A DNA stretch of 64,000 bases from Klebsiella phage iPHaGe-KPN-11i. Made by a program: the position numbers and the translations under genes. The notes beneath the pieces were generated by a model, which searched no databases, was not told the origin of the DNA, and saw nothing but the letters and a program-made list of their open reading frames with translations. Position 1 is the stretch's first letter; each line of letters starts with the position of its first letter. The stretch is from sequence record OR637327.1, one strand, 5' to 3'. This document shows, in pieces, positions 27,489 to 37,042 of the stretch.

Positions 27489-29636
27489 TTAGCGGGATTT
27501 AAGTTCCCTGATTTCCTCACGAAGTTCTTTAATTGCGTTGACAAGCAAGGCAATAACCGCAGTCGGAGAAACCGTTAAGATTTCATTCCTTTCGGTGTCT
27601 TCACCAGTTTTAACCGCTTCCGGTAATACTTCGCGCAGTTGTTGTGCAATCAAACCAGCTTCGCGGGACGTAGGTTCACCGCCGACATGATCCGCTTTAT
27701 CATAGATCACACCATCCAACAAATCAACTTTATCCAGCGCAGTTTCGATCTTACTGAAATTACTTTTCAGTCTTTCATCAGAACGAATATAAACATCGTT
27801 GAAGTTGCCATTACCAGATGCAGTAAATTGACCGTTACCATCAAAGAGATAATATGCACCGCTTTCGAGAATCAATCGGATGCGAGCTTGTGCGCCATCA
27901 TTATTTGGAATATGCGCATCCATAGCAGCAACATGAGTTGCTCCCCATACGCTAGCTTTCCAGATGTTATATGCTGAGGTAGCACCGTTAGGCATATCGA
28001 TCTGTAAACCAGAGGAACGGTCACGCCACTGATCCCAGCCACCACCATCAGGAGTACCACGAATCAACGCAAAATCAGTACCCGTACAAGGACCACCGCT
28101 ATAGATCATACCACCTCGGAAATCCCAAGTGGTCTGACGAACGTTATTTGTTCGAATGTGGTATTGTCCGTTAGCCTCAGCCCATGTAACCGCCTTTTCA
28201 ACGCCATTAAGCAAACGATACCAAACGACACTGATATCGTTTGCATCAAGGAATATGTTTGATGAACCACCCTGAGCACCGCTCAGTGTTAAACCACCAG
28301 CGCTAGTAAGGGTGAACAATTCAGCAGAGTCTGTATCACCTGTTGCTAAACGATACGTGCCGCCCTGAACAGTTTCATGCCAGATCTGGTCTCCATTACC
28401 ACCACGGAAACGACGAAGATAATTCTTCGAACCTGTTGCGGTTGTGCTTAATGCAGAGGAACAATAAACGTTCTGGTTCAAGCCGTCCTGGTTGATTGTC
28501 CCTGTTACAACACCTCCTGTATTTTTAAAGAACAAATCATCAATCCATCCAGAAAATCCTACTTTATTGATATACACGTTTCCGTCATACGCAAAAACAC
28601 CACCGCCTTGCGTTTTAAGCGGTTGAGAAATAGGTGCCAGTGTTAAAACACCACTCATGGTATCTCCAGCTTTGTTTACTGCCCCTACTTCTGCCGGAGT
28701 TGGCGGAGTAGCAGTATCATAAATCCGTCGCCAACCATTAGCGTCGCCAGCAGACCAAGACCAAGCACCAGGAGAACCAGAACCGCTTCGAATCCATGAT
28801 GAATTTGTGTCATAGTAAGTTTGAACCAGTGATACACCACTATTCAACGTGCGTCGATATGTCGAAACCTGACCAGAATATGTAGTGTTACCATAAGGTC
28901 CATCGATCACGTTACCACCAACTGACAGAACATCGTTCTTTTCGGTTACAACAGCAGCACCAAAACTGTTTCCCTGCATACTGCGAGGAATACCCGTGAT
29001 ATAACGGTTATCGTGGTTTGTCCAATTAGTAGGAGTTACCGTATTAGCAGTAATTGCCCCGCTTACGTTTAACGCGGTTGCACTCACCGCAGCGAAGGTC
29101 GATGATCCGGCTACACGGAAAGAACCTAGTTCAACGGATACCTGCTGATTCGCAGAGTCAACAACAATGGAAGTATTTGATGTTCCGTTTTTGTATGCGT
29201 TCAGATAGATCCTATTACCACCATCAGCACGGGCGTTAATATTCAGAGTTGCCAACGTAACACCGGAAGCATTAACCCCAGTGATTTGCATAATGCCCTG
29301 TTCGGTTGAAGGTGTTCCCGTCACATCAGAACGTTTAAACAATATACCCGGAGCAGCCCCGCCCGTGGTGATATCGACATAACTTTTTGAATACAGCGTG
29401 TTCGCTGTTAAGTTAATACCTACGGTCACGCTTTGGTTGAACGTGGTGTTCTTCGCAACAGTACCGCCGTTGATCGTCGAGAGGGCGTTTATATCCTCCG
29501 CTGTTGGACGATCGTTTTCGGTGTATACTCTCCACCCTTTATACGTCAATCTGTCGCCAGAGGGCAGCAGAGGGAGGTTTGACGCACTCCAGATACCCGC
29601 ACCACCCAGCGTTGTACCTAATTTCAAATCAGCCAT
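27489..29636 (-). CDS. 37: distal long tail fibre protein A (paralog; gp36-like N-terminus, gp37-like shaft, C-terminal S74 intramolecular chaperone)
   Basis: It has an N-terminal MADLKLGTTLGGAGIW, a KNYLRRFRGGNGDQIWHETVQGG patch, and a C-terminal DVYIRSDERLKSN...GLIAQQLREVLPEAV. The central receptor-binding region differs from fibre B. Confidence 0.8.
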   Translation of the reverse strand: MADLKLGTTLGGAGIWSASNLPLLPSGDRLTYKGWRVYTENDRPTAEDINALSTINGGTVAKNTTFNQSVTVGINLTANTLYSKSYVDITTGGAAPGILFKRSDVTGTPSTEQGIMQITGVNASGVTLATLNINARADGGNRIYLNAYKNGTSNTSIVVDSANQQVSVELGSFRVAGSSTFAAVSATALNVSGAITANTVTPTNWTNHDNRYITGIPRSMQGNSFGAAVVTEKNDVLSVGGNVIDGPYGNTTYSGQVSTYRRTLNSGVSLVQTYYDTNSSWIRSGSGSPGAWSWSAGDANGWRRIYDTATPPTPAEVGAVNKAGDTMSGVLTLAPISQPLKTQGGGVFAYDGNVYINKVGFSGWIDDLFFKNTGGVVTGTINQDGLNQNVYCSSALSTTATGSKNYLRRFRGGNGDQIWHETVQGGTYRLATGDTDSAELFTLTSAGGLTLSGAQGGSSNIFLDANDISVVWYRLLNGVEKAVTWAEANGQYHIRTNNVRQTTWDFRGGMIYSGGPCTGTDFALIRGTPDGGGWDQWRDRSSGLQIDMPNGATSAYNIWKASVWGATHVAAMDAHIPNNDGAQARIRLILESGAYYLFDGNGQFTASGNGNFNDVYIRSDERLKSNFSKIETALDKVDLLDGVIYDKADHVGGEPTSREAGLIAQQLREVLPEAVKTGEDTERNEILTVSPTAVIALLVNAIKELREEIRELKSR

Positions 29637-29658
29637 AAAAATTTCTCCTATAATGACT

Positions 29659-29666
29659 GTATTTAT
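29659..29666 (-). promoter_or_regulatory. late promoter-like ATAAATAC (7 of 8)
   Basis: It lies upstream of fibre A and after the terminator hairpin aaaggggcgaaagcccctttt. Confidence 0.45.
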
Positions 29667-29687
29667 GAAAAAGGGGCTTTCGCCCCT

Positions 29688-31280
29688 TTATCTCACGATT
29701 GACAGTTTAACGTCTTTAGCCGATACCGTACCGATGTTTGTGTTGTTTGGATAACGGTATAAACCGAAATCAAACGTAACAGCACCAGCAGGAATAACCC
29801 CTTCGTTTTTATAGAATGAATATACGTTAGGAATCGTACCAACATCACGCATGTTGATCCCTGAAATATACGTATTATTCGCGTCCCAGAACTGCATTAA
29901 GATATATGCGCCTTTATTGTTGGCGATTGCGTTTGCATCGCGTTTCATTTGGCATTGCATACGGATCGTATCACCAGCTTTTAAGCCATAACTGCTTAGT
30001 GATGCTTTTGTTACCGCCTCTTGCTGGGTAGCAGTCCATTCTTTGAACTGGTACTCCGCTGTATTTGTCGAAGTGTATTCAACCGGATCAGAAACAATAT
30101 AATCAAGTTCAGCAAAGTTATGCGAAATGATTTTCTTATCACTTGCAACACCAGTAGGCGAAACGGGTAGAGAAAGCAATTTATCAATCGGGTTCTCATT
30201 TCCGCTTGCGTCCACTTCGGAAAGTGTCTGCATTCGAACACCGTTCACACCAAGCGCAGCACCATTCCGGTTTATTTCTTCGCGAGGTACTTTTGCGATC
30301 TGGACGTTGCGACATTGCGCCAGCCCCACTTTAACGGTAGACGGATAATGATATACCTGCGAACCCATTTTGGTGTTTACCGGATCTGACGGAACAGTGA
30401 AATATCCTGATAATGAATGCCACTGATCGGGGGCTAATCCAGTTGTTCGAAGAATGGTTGATGTGATCCATTGTCCGGTACTGTTTTCAGTCCACATATA
30501 CAGGTGAACTTCCCCCCCTGCATCACGAAGTTCTTGCGAACAATATAGTTCACCCGTGAATTTGAAGATATCACCCAGAAAAACATCACTACCAACAATC
30601 CACGTCCCGTAAGAGTGGAAGCCATAAAGATCCCCGCTATTCTGGTATGTCTGGACATCATCGACCATTCTTTCTGGAATACCAGTTACCCCGATATCAC
30701 TGAATTCATCAAACACAACTTCAACAAAACTCGTCGTATTGTCTTTCAGGCTACCAGCACCACCGACAAAGTTTTCCATGCAAATCTTTTTCATCGTAGA
30801 TGAATAGATAGCTGAATAGGATGAACGGTGAGAATAATTGGTTGTGGTGATCGGGATATTAAAGAACCGAGTTTCAGGCCACGCAACAGAACCTATTTTC
30901 CTCATTGTTGCTAAAAAGTCATCGTCACTTTTGATAGCATCGAAAGTATAAAAACACACAATTCTGTTCGCTGGAAGTGAATTCAGGTAGTCTTTAATCG
31001 CATTCCCGTTCGTAGCAGGATCACCATACATATCGAATGCCTTGTAATCCAATAATGCTAAAGTTGTTCCATCAATGACAGCCAGGTTAATTCCGCGAGC
31101 AGCTTGTGTTCGTCTGTTTATAATATCAGCCCCGTTAATAGATACCTCAACCGAGTTGACCGCAGAATCGTTATTCGTTCCACGGACAACAAGGCGATAT
31201 TTCACGGCGTTTGCTTCTGAAAACACATTCGCCGTGAAACTATCAGGGCCGAATAACGCCATAAATTCGTTATTCGCCAT
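29688..31280 (-). CDS. putative tail-fibre hinge/connector protein (gp35 positional analogue, 530 aa)
   Basis: It is located between gp34 and the distal fibre genes, as gp35 is in T4. No recognisable similarity to T4 gp35 was seen. Confidence 0.35.
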   Translation of the reverse strand: MANNEFMALFGPDSFTANVFSEANAVKYRLVVRGTNNDSAVNSVEVSINGADIINRRTQAARGINLAVIDGTTLALLDYKAFDMYGDPATNGNAIKDYLNSLPANRIVCFYTFDAIKSDDDFLATMRKIGSVAWPETRFFNIPITTTNYSHRSSYSAIYSSTMKKICMENFVGGAGSLKDNTTSFVEVVFDEFSDIGVTGIPERMVDDVQTYQNSGDLYGFHSYGTWIVGSDVFLGDIFKFTGELYCSQELRDAGGEVHLYMWTENSTGQWITSTILRTTGLAPDQWHSLSGYFTVPSDPVNTKMGSQVYHYPSTVKVGLAQCRNVQIAKVPREEINRNGAALGVNGVRMQTLSEVDASGNENPIDKLLSLPVSPTGVASDKKIISHNFAELDYIVSDPVEYTSTNTAEYQFKEWTATQQEAVTKASLSSYGLKAGDTIRMQCQMKRDANAIANNKGAYILMQFWDANNTYISGINMRDVGTIPNVYSFYKNEGVIPAGAVTFDFGLYRYPNNTNIGTVSAKDVKLSIVR

Positions 31281-31285
31281 TTAAA

Positions 31286-34200
31286 TTATTCCTCCCACAC
31301 AAATTCACAAGTCTTAGTTGTTGGATTTGCGAAGATTTTTACGTTTCCGATTTTGATGTAATCACGAACAACCAGAGTATCTACAGTTGAACCCGCAACC
31401 GCAACCGCCCCAATTTCTGCCGGAGTTGGTTTACGACCTGCATGATAGATCAGGTTTCCGTTGATCATCGCTTTGTTGTAATCGGTGATATTGATATTGA
31501 ATTCAGTCAATACCTTATCGTCAATGCCAGTTAAGCGCATCTTCTGGACGTTACCAGAGAAATCACCCGCCTGAACATGTGCCGTACCGCTCACACTGGT
31601 AAAGCGTCCACCCGTGCCGTTTACGCTAACTGACAGCGCACCAGTCATAGTATCACCCGCTGTATTGACATAGGTACTGTCAAGATGCTGGGTAAAGTTT
31701 CTGGTGTTGATTACGGTTGCAGTAGTCACGCCGTTATCATTACTGATTGTTACGCCGTTCCAACCGTTAGTTGCATCGGTTCGTAATTGTACCGTAGGAC
31801 TTGCATCACTTGCAATAGTCACATCACCTGTTGCGTTCGTGTTAGCCAGTGCTTTACCATTCAGGCGCAGAGTAGTACCGGAGTACGCCATTGTACCGTT
31901 AGATACATCACCAACAGTCAGAACGTCGGTCGTGTCGGTTGTGCCAGTTGCCAAGCGATACGTAGTTCCCTGAACAGTTTCATGCCATGTAGTATCCGTC
32001 ACACCGCCACGGAAAGTACGAAGCAAGTTTTTAGTTCCAGCGGTTGCTGTACTCAAAACAGTATTAGCATAAACCGTGTTTGCTTTCGCAGACTGGCTAA
32101 TGTTATTGTTCGTGGTTACGGTGTTGTTAACAGTTACCGCAGCGTTAGCCGTCAGAGTCCCGTTAGTGGTTACTTTACCAACGAAGTTGCTTGTACCGTT
32201 GAACGTGTTGTTGCCCGTTACGGTTTGATCTGCATCACGACGCATCCAGCTTGCAGCTACCACACCGCCCAGTTTCAGGCTATTCTGTGCTGTTGCGTTC
32301 AACGGTAAGAAGTTTTGCAGAGCAAAGTTCAGACCGCGAGGCGATACAGCGTAGAAATCTTCCAGATAGCTATCTACAGGCTGAGTAGAACCAACCAGAT
32401 TATCACCGATGAACGTGTTCGATTTGGTAGTGATAAACACCGCACCACGGCGCAATGTTGTAGCACCCCATGCCGGATCAGTACCGTTCAAGAACTGCAT
32501 GGTAGCCGGAGTAATTGCCAGGTTAGTAGCAGTACCCGCAGCAGCTTCGCTGTTGGTTGCACAACGAATGATACCTTCGGCGGTATCCGTCGCTTTCTTC
32601 GCTTGCAGTTTCTTAGGCGTGATGACCACGTTATCCAGAGTACCCGCATCAGTTTCGCCCTGAGTCGCTACGCGCAGAGTACCACGCTGTGTTTCAGTAG
32701 CAGACGCAATCCCCAGGTTAACCGTTGTCCAGATAGTACCGGACTGAGTTAAACCATCAGTGGTAGCAACCGCAACATGACTCGTAACGTTGAAGAACTC
32801 TTTCAGCTTAACCGGAACAACTGCCTTATTCGTTGCCGTACCTGCTGCAACTTCCGCAGTGGTAGCGAGGGCAATAATACCATCAAGCGATTCAGTAGCC
32901 TTGCGATCGTTCAGCTTCTTAGGCGTCACCGCACGGAGATCATCGGTTCCTGTGTTCGTTTCGTCCTGAGTTGCGATCTCAATCAAACCGATACGCGATT
33001 CAGTAGACGTTTTACGATGGAGCATTTCAGGAGTTACTACGATCGGCATTGAAGCAGATCCAGCAGCAGCACCAGTTACCACTTCGTTTTCGGTCGCCAG
33101 AACAACCAGACCTTTTGACTTTTCGGTCGCCGTCTTCTCGTTCAATGATTTCGGAGTCAGTAAGTCAACACCGTTATTGAAGTTGTAGACGTTAGTACCA
33201 GCATCCCCACGTAAAGCCCCCTCCGCTGTCGTAGCGCCCGTTGTAACGAGTTTCCCGATACCTGCTAGGGTTTCGGTCGCGCGGCGCGTGTCGAGCTTCT
33301 TAGGCGTGATTGCGGTAGTGTCATCAGTACCAGCGTTTGTTTCTGCCTGAGTTGCAATTTCCAGAACACCACGGCGATCTTCTGTTGCTGTACGTTCGTT
33401 AAACTTTTTAGGCGTAACAATTACGTCATCCAAAAAAGTAGCCGTAGTGTTCTGGTTAACTTCCGCAGTTGTTGCCAGACGAGCGATACCACGGCGTGTT
33501 TCCGTAGCAGTTTTATTCGCCAGTGTACGCGGGGTTACTGCCAGTTCATCAGAAGGCAAATCTTCCCAGTTTTTGTTTACTTCTGCCTGTGTAGCCAGCG
33601 CGATCACACCCAGACGAGAACGGTTTGTTGGATCAACACGTTCAATGATCGGGCGATATTGTGCAACTACCCATTCTTTCGTAGCTTTCAGATACGACAA
33701 TTCTATATATGGAAGATAGTCAGTATCGGCGTTGAAAGTCAGAGTGTCAACACTGAACCAGTCATCAGGTGGATAATCCTTACGCTGTGGGAACTGCATC
33801 ATGTTTTTGTTGGTGCGGATCTTTTCACCGGAATCATCTTTAACTTTGATTGTGCAGTTCTGCGTTTTCCCCATCATATACATACTGATATACACGCGAT
33901 CACCTTCGGCAACATCTTGCGGAAGAGTCAGCGTTACGTTACGCACAGTTGGAGGACTACCAGCGATCGGGGTGATAAACACGTAATCGTTCGGCAACAT
34001 GTTCAGGTCATCACTGATACGACGCAGACGAACGCGCTGATCACCATCATAAACGACCCAGCGGCTATTAGCCTGATCGAACATGAAGATACCATAACCG
34101 GAACGCTGTGAAGTCACAGAAGTTACGTTGTTGATACCGTCATAGCTGATCGTGTGTCCGCTACCAGGATAAACTTGCAGAGTCGCAACGTTCACCGAAG

Positions 34201-34945
34201 CAAGGCGATCCAGATCGTAAGTTGTGATTGAGTCACCATCGTTTGCGTATCTAGGCAATTGCAGAGTAATCTTGCCTGTACCGCTATTACGGAATGTTAC
34301 CATACCCGCTTGCAGTTGGAAAGAACCCGCACCTGTTGCGTTCACAAACTGCGAATCGCGGTTATCGCGCATTTCAGAAACACGCCATAAGTTGCCGTTA
34401 AAAATAAACGCAACAGTCATATATGGGTGAGTCAGTCGATAAGAGCTTGACTGAATATCACGCAAACGGATCTGTCTGGTGTTTGAACGAACCAAAAGGT
34501 TGTTGAGACCTGCAAGACCGCCACCGTCTTTAATGGTGATAATATCACCCTCAACAGGGGAATCTGGTAGAATATATGTCAGTTCAGAGAAACGACCATC
34601 AGCCAGTAAGTACGTACCGGATTCAACAGGGAGACCGTCAGTGCTCGTTACGTTGTTATATACCCATTTTGGATCGTTACGGGTTGAGATCCATTTTGTT
34701 TCATCGAAAGCACCCGCTGGTGATGGAATATCTGCGCGAGCGTACCAAATACGACGCGCGTACATGATAGCCATAAACGCAGCATAGCCACGGGTAGAAT
34801 CGTATTGTTGGATCGTGTTAAATTCGTTAAAAAAGTCAACGTTCACGCCGTCGCTCAACACAGAGCGGGATGCTTTACCAACGTTGATAACTTTTTCGCC
34901 AGCAGCATCAAGGCCACTTGTGGCGCGGAATGATTTAGCTACCAT
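31286..34945 (-). CDS. 34: proximal long tail fibre subunit (gp34)
   Basis: It is colinear with T4 gp34, including RGYAAFMAIMY near the N-terminus and ETRRGIARLATTAEVNQNTTATFLDD repeats. The C-terminal FVWEE matches the gp34 end. Confidence 0.9.
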   Translation of the reverse strand: MVAKSFRATSGLDAAGEKVINVGKASRSVLSDGVNVDFFNEFNTIQQYDSTRGYAAFMAIMYARRIWYARADIPSPAGAFDETKWISTRNDPKWVYNNVTSTDGLPVESGTYLLADGRFSELTYILPDSPVEGDIITIKDGGGLAGLNNLLVRSNTRQIRLRDIQSSSYRLTHPYMTVAFIFNGNLWRVSEMRDNRDSQFVNATGAGSFQLQAGMVTFRNSGTGKITLQLPRYANDGDSITTYDLDRLASVNVATLQVYPGSGHTISYDGINNVTSVTSQRSGYGIFMFDQANSRWVVYDGDQRVRLRRISDDLNMLPNDYVFITPIAGSPPTVRNVTLTLPQDVAEGDRVYISMYMMGKTQNCTIKVKDDSGEKIRTNKNMMQFPQRKDYPPDDWFSVDTLTFNADTDYLPYIELSYLKATKEWVVAQYRPIIERVDPTNRSRLGVIALATQAEVNKNWEDLPSDELAVTPRTLANKTATETRRGIARLATTAEVNQNTTATFLDDVIVTPKKFNERTATEDRRGVLEIATQAETNAGTDDTTAITPKKLDTRRATETLAGIGKLVTTGATTAEGALRGDAGTNVYNFNNGVDLLTPKSLNEKTATEKSKGLVVLATENEVVTGAAAGSASMPIVVTPEMLHRKTSTESRIGLIEIATQDETNTGTDDLRAVTPKKLNDRKATESLDGIIALATTAEVAAGTATNKAVVPVKLKEFFNVTSHVAVATTDGLTQSGTIWTTVNLGIASATETQRGTLRVATQGETDAGTLDNVVITPKKLQAKKATDTAEGIIRCATNSEAAAGTATNLAITPATMQFLNGTDPAWGATTLRRGAVFITTKSNTFIGDNLVGSTQPVDSYLEDFYAVSPRGLNFALQNFLPLNATAQNSLKLGGVVAASWMRRDADQTVTGNNTFNGTSNFVGKVTTNGTLTANAAVTVNNTVTTNNNISQSAKANTVYANTVLSTATAGTKNLLRTFRGGVTDTTWHETVQGTTYRLATGTTDTTDVLTVGDVSNGTMAYSGTTLRLNGKALANTNATGDVTIASDASPTVQLRTDATNGWNGVTISNDNGVTTATVINTRNFTQHLDSTYVNTAGDTMTGALSVSVNGTGGRFTSVSGTAHVQAGDFSGNVQKMRLTGIDDKVLTEFNINITDYNKAMINGNLIYHAGRKPTPAEIGAVAVAGSTVDTLVVRDYIKIGNVKIFANPTTKTCEFVWEE

Positions 34946-34976
34946 TATCGTTTTCCTTTATCTTATTCAATACTGA

Positions 34977-34984
34977 TATTTATA
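34977..34984 (-). promoter_or_regulatory. T4-type late promoter TATAAATA for gene 34
   Basis: A perfect 8-mer on the - strand about 32 nt upstream of the ATG. Confidence 0.7.
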
Positions 34985-34986
34985 AA

Positions 34987-35016
34987 CAAAAAGGCGACCA
35001 TCAAGTCGCCTTTTTC
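34987..35016. terminator. bidirectional hairpin terminator (the stop codon of the upstream gene lies in the loop)
   Basis: aaaaaggcgacCATCAAgtcgccttttt; T runs are present on both strands. Confidence 0.6.
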
Positions 35017-36428
35017 TCACGGTAATTGTTCAGCCAATCTTTAACAATCGCGTGATGAAGAGGATCTGCAAAATCAAGTTTGTGTTTCTTCTTATACCAG
35101 TTGAAAGCGTTTATTTCCGGCGCTGTCATTTGGAAAAGAGATTGAAACGATTTGCGTTGCCTTTTCGTTTGAACTGCTTCTGTGGTTTCGATAATGGCAT
35201 CAGGAAAATATTTTTCCTTCATGTATTTCGCTAACCGCATATCAGGCACAAATAAATTAATCTTTCGTTTGCTGTTGTTGTGTCGGATATCAGAACGAGC
35301 ACATAACTGAAAGGCTGGTTCGTAATATTTACTGACAACATAAGCATCAACTAATTCTTCCTCTTCAAGTCCAGAGGACACCGCAACCGCTCGCAACATT
35401 TGACGAAGCCAGGGTAACGGGTTGTAACTGAATAATGCCACCACGTTAGTATAACTTGAATAGAAGTTCAATCCATGCGAGTTATACGGGATTTCCTGCC
35501 CCTCGCTAAACTTCGATCTGTATGTGTTGGTGCAATAGATGAACTGTTCGCCCCCTAAAAGCGCCTCCACGCGTTTTTTAATCTGAGTGTATACTGTCGT
35601 CCCAGATTGAGAGAGATCGCCCGTATAACGCGAATAATCCCCCTCTGCGAGCACATGTATATGTATGCGCCCAGTGTTTTTGTATTGCTTAAAGTCAACC
35701 AGCTTTTGAAGCGGTGAATCTTTGAACTCCACATCATGAAACGTTTGCAGGATCTTCCCTGTAATTGTGTCTTTGATGTTGGATGAAGCAATGGTTACAT
35801 TTTTGAACTTCCACTGGCTTACGTCATGATCCTCTACGAAGTAACAGACATATCCCGAATCGCTACATTGCATCTTCACCGGAATAGCCCCTAACAGAGC
35901 ACGGTAAAGCGGGAACATCTTCATTGCGATATCATCACGTTTACGAAGACCATCATAGGCTAATCGTGTAACCAGTTCTCGTTTTTCTTCGTCAAGTTTT
36001 AAATCAACGATATCATCGGCATTGCAACTAAACGGCAAGCAAATCTCGCGTATGTGCTTGATATTGCTATTAAATCGCAGACTTTCGAACGCAACCAAAT
36101 CAGGAACTTCGTCAATGTACAGGGAAAAATCCTTATACAAATCAAAGTCATCAATGTTTTTGAGTGCTGCATGAGTGATAAAGATCACATCATAATCTTT
36201 GACAACCTCACGCAGCGAGTCATTGTTGGTTCTTTTGGTTCGGTGATCCGTGTCCACAATCACCGCTCGTTTCCCTTTTACCTGGTTGATGTAGTAGTCA
36301 TAAGACTGTTTTGATAACATCATGGAAATCGATGCGATGATTGCTTTTTCGCCCGTTTGATTGATATGGTTCAGAATCGCCTTTGTTTTACCACTTGACG
36401 GAACACATTCAATCGTATTAAAGATCAT
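35001..36428 (-). CDS. P-loop NTPase (helicase/ATPase-like) hypothetical protein
   Basis: A Walker A PSSGKTKA and a Walker B LYIDEVPD are present. The protein is 475 aa long and no further family could be assigned by eye. Confidence 0.5.
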   Translation of the reverse strand: MIFNTIECVPSSGKTKAILNHINQTGEKAIIASISMMLSKQSYDYYINQVKGKRAVIVDTDHRTKRTNNDSLREVVKDYDVIFITHAALKNIDDFDLYKDFSLYIDEVPDLVAFESLRFNSNIKHIREICLPFSCNADDIVDLKLDEEKRELVTRLAYDGLRKRDDIAMKMFPLYRALLGAIPVKMQCSDSGYVCYFVEDHDVSQWKFKNVTIASSNIKDTITGKILQTFHDVEFKDSPLQKLVDFKQYKNTGRIHIHVLAEGDYSRYTGDLSQSGTTVYTQIKKRVEALLGGEQFIYCTNTYRSKFSEGQEIPYNSHGLNFYSSYTNVVALFSYNPLPWLRQMLRAVAVSSGLEEEELVDAYVVSKYYEPAFQLCARSDIRHNNSKRKINLFVPDMRLAKYMKEKYFPDAIIETTEAVQTKRQRKSFQSLFQMTAPEINAFNWYKKKHKLDFADPLHHAIVKDWLNNYREKKAT

Positions 36429-36763
36429 TTATTCTTAGCGTATTTCTTCTGGTATTTCTTGATTGCTTCGTCGGTAATCTGTTTAGGCATTTGACGCGGT
36501 TTCTTCGGTTTCAGTGGTTCGACACCGAAGATTTCAACGCCGTAATGTTTCAGCATCATTGCAACGATTTCCTGACGAATGAAGTTGCGGCTAACCTTTT
36601 CAGGGAATTGATCTTTAATCTGCTTATGAAGACGATCTTCGAGCGCGTCCAGGTGAGTAGGAGTGATGATCGCGGTGTTATCGCGTTCAACGAATTTCTC
36701 CATGTATTCCATCGTTTCAGCATGAACAGCATTTGCAGCAGGGAGTAAAATTTCACGGCTCAT
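36425..36763 (-). CDS. hypothetical protein
   Basis: A 112 aa ORF overlapping the neighbour by 4 nt. Confidence 0.5.
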   Translation of the reverse strand: MSREILLPAANAVHAETMEYMEKFVERDNTAIITPTHLDALEDRLHKQIKDQFPEKVSRNFIRQEIVAMMLKHYGVEIFGVEPLKPKKPRQMPKQITDEAIKKYQKKYAKNK

Positions 36764-37042
36764 TTAATCACCAATAAGTTGTTTCAGTTGCAGATAACCG
36801 CCGATAAGTTTGTTATCGACAAAAATACGCGGGTATTGAAACGCTAAACTACGTTGCCTTACCCGTTTTGCTAACTCTTCGATACGTGGGCGATCGTATT
36901 CAAAGCCCAGATCGTTTTTTGCTTCTTTCAGAACGGGATAAAATGTATATTCTATCCCTTTTTCTGTCAACAGCTTTTGTGCTTGTATGCACCCGTAGCA
37001 GTTATGAAGACTTTCTGGAATGCCGTAGATTTCGACTTTCAT
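36764..37042 (-). CDS. glutaredoxin-like protein (NrdH/Grx family)
   Basis: A CYGC active site lies near the N-terminus, consistent with a thioredoxin fold. Confidence 0.7.
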   Translation of the reverse strand: MKVEIYGIPESLHNCYGCIQAQKLLTEKGIEYTFYPVLKEAKNDLGFEYDRPRIEELAKRVRQRSLAFQYPRIFVDNKLIGGYLQLKQLIGD

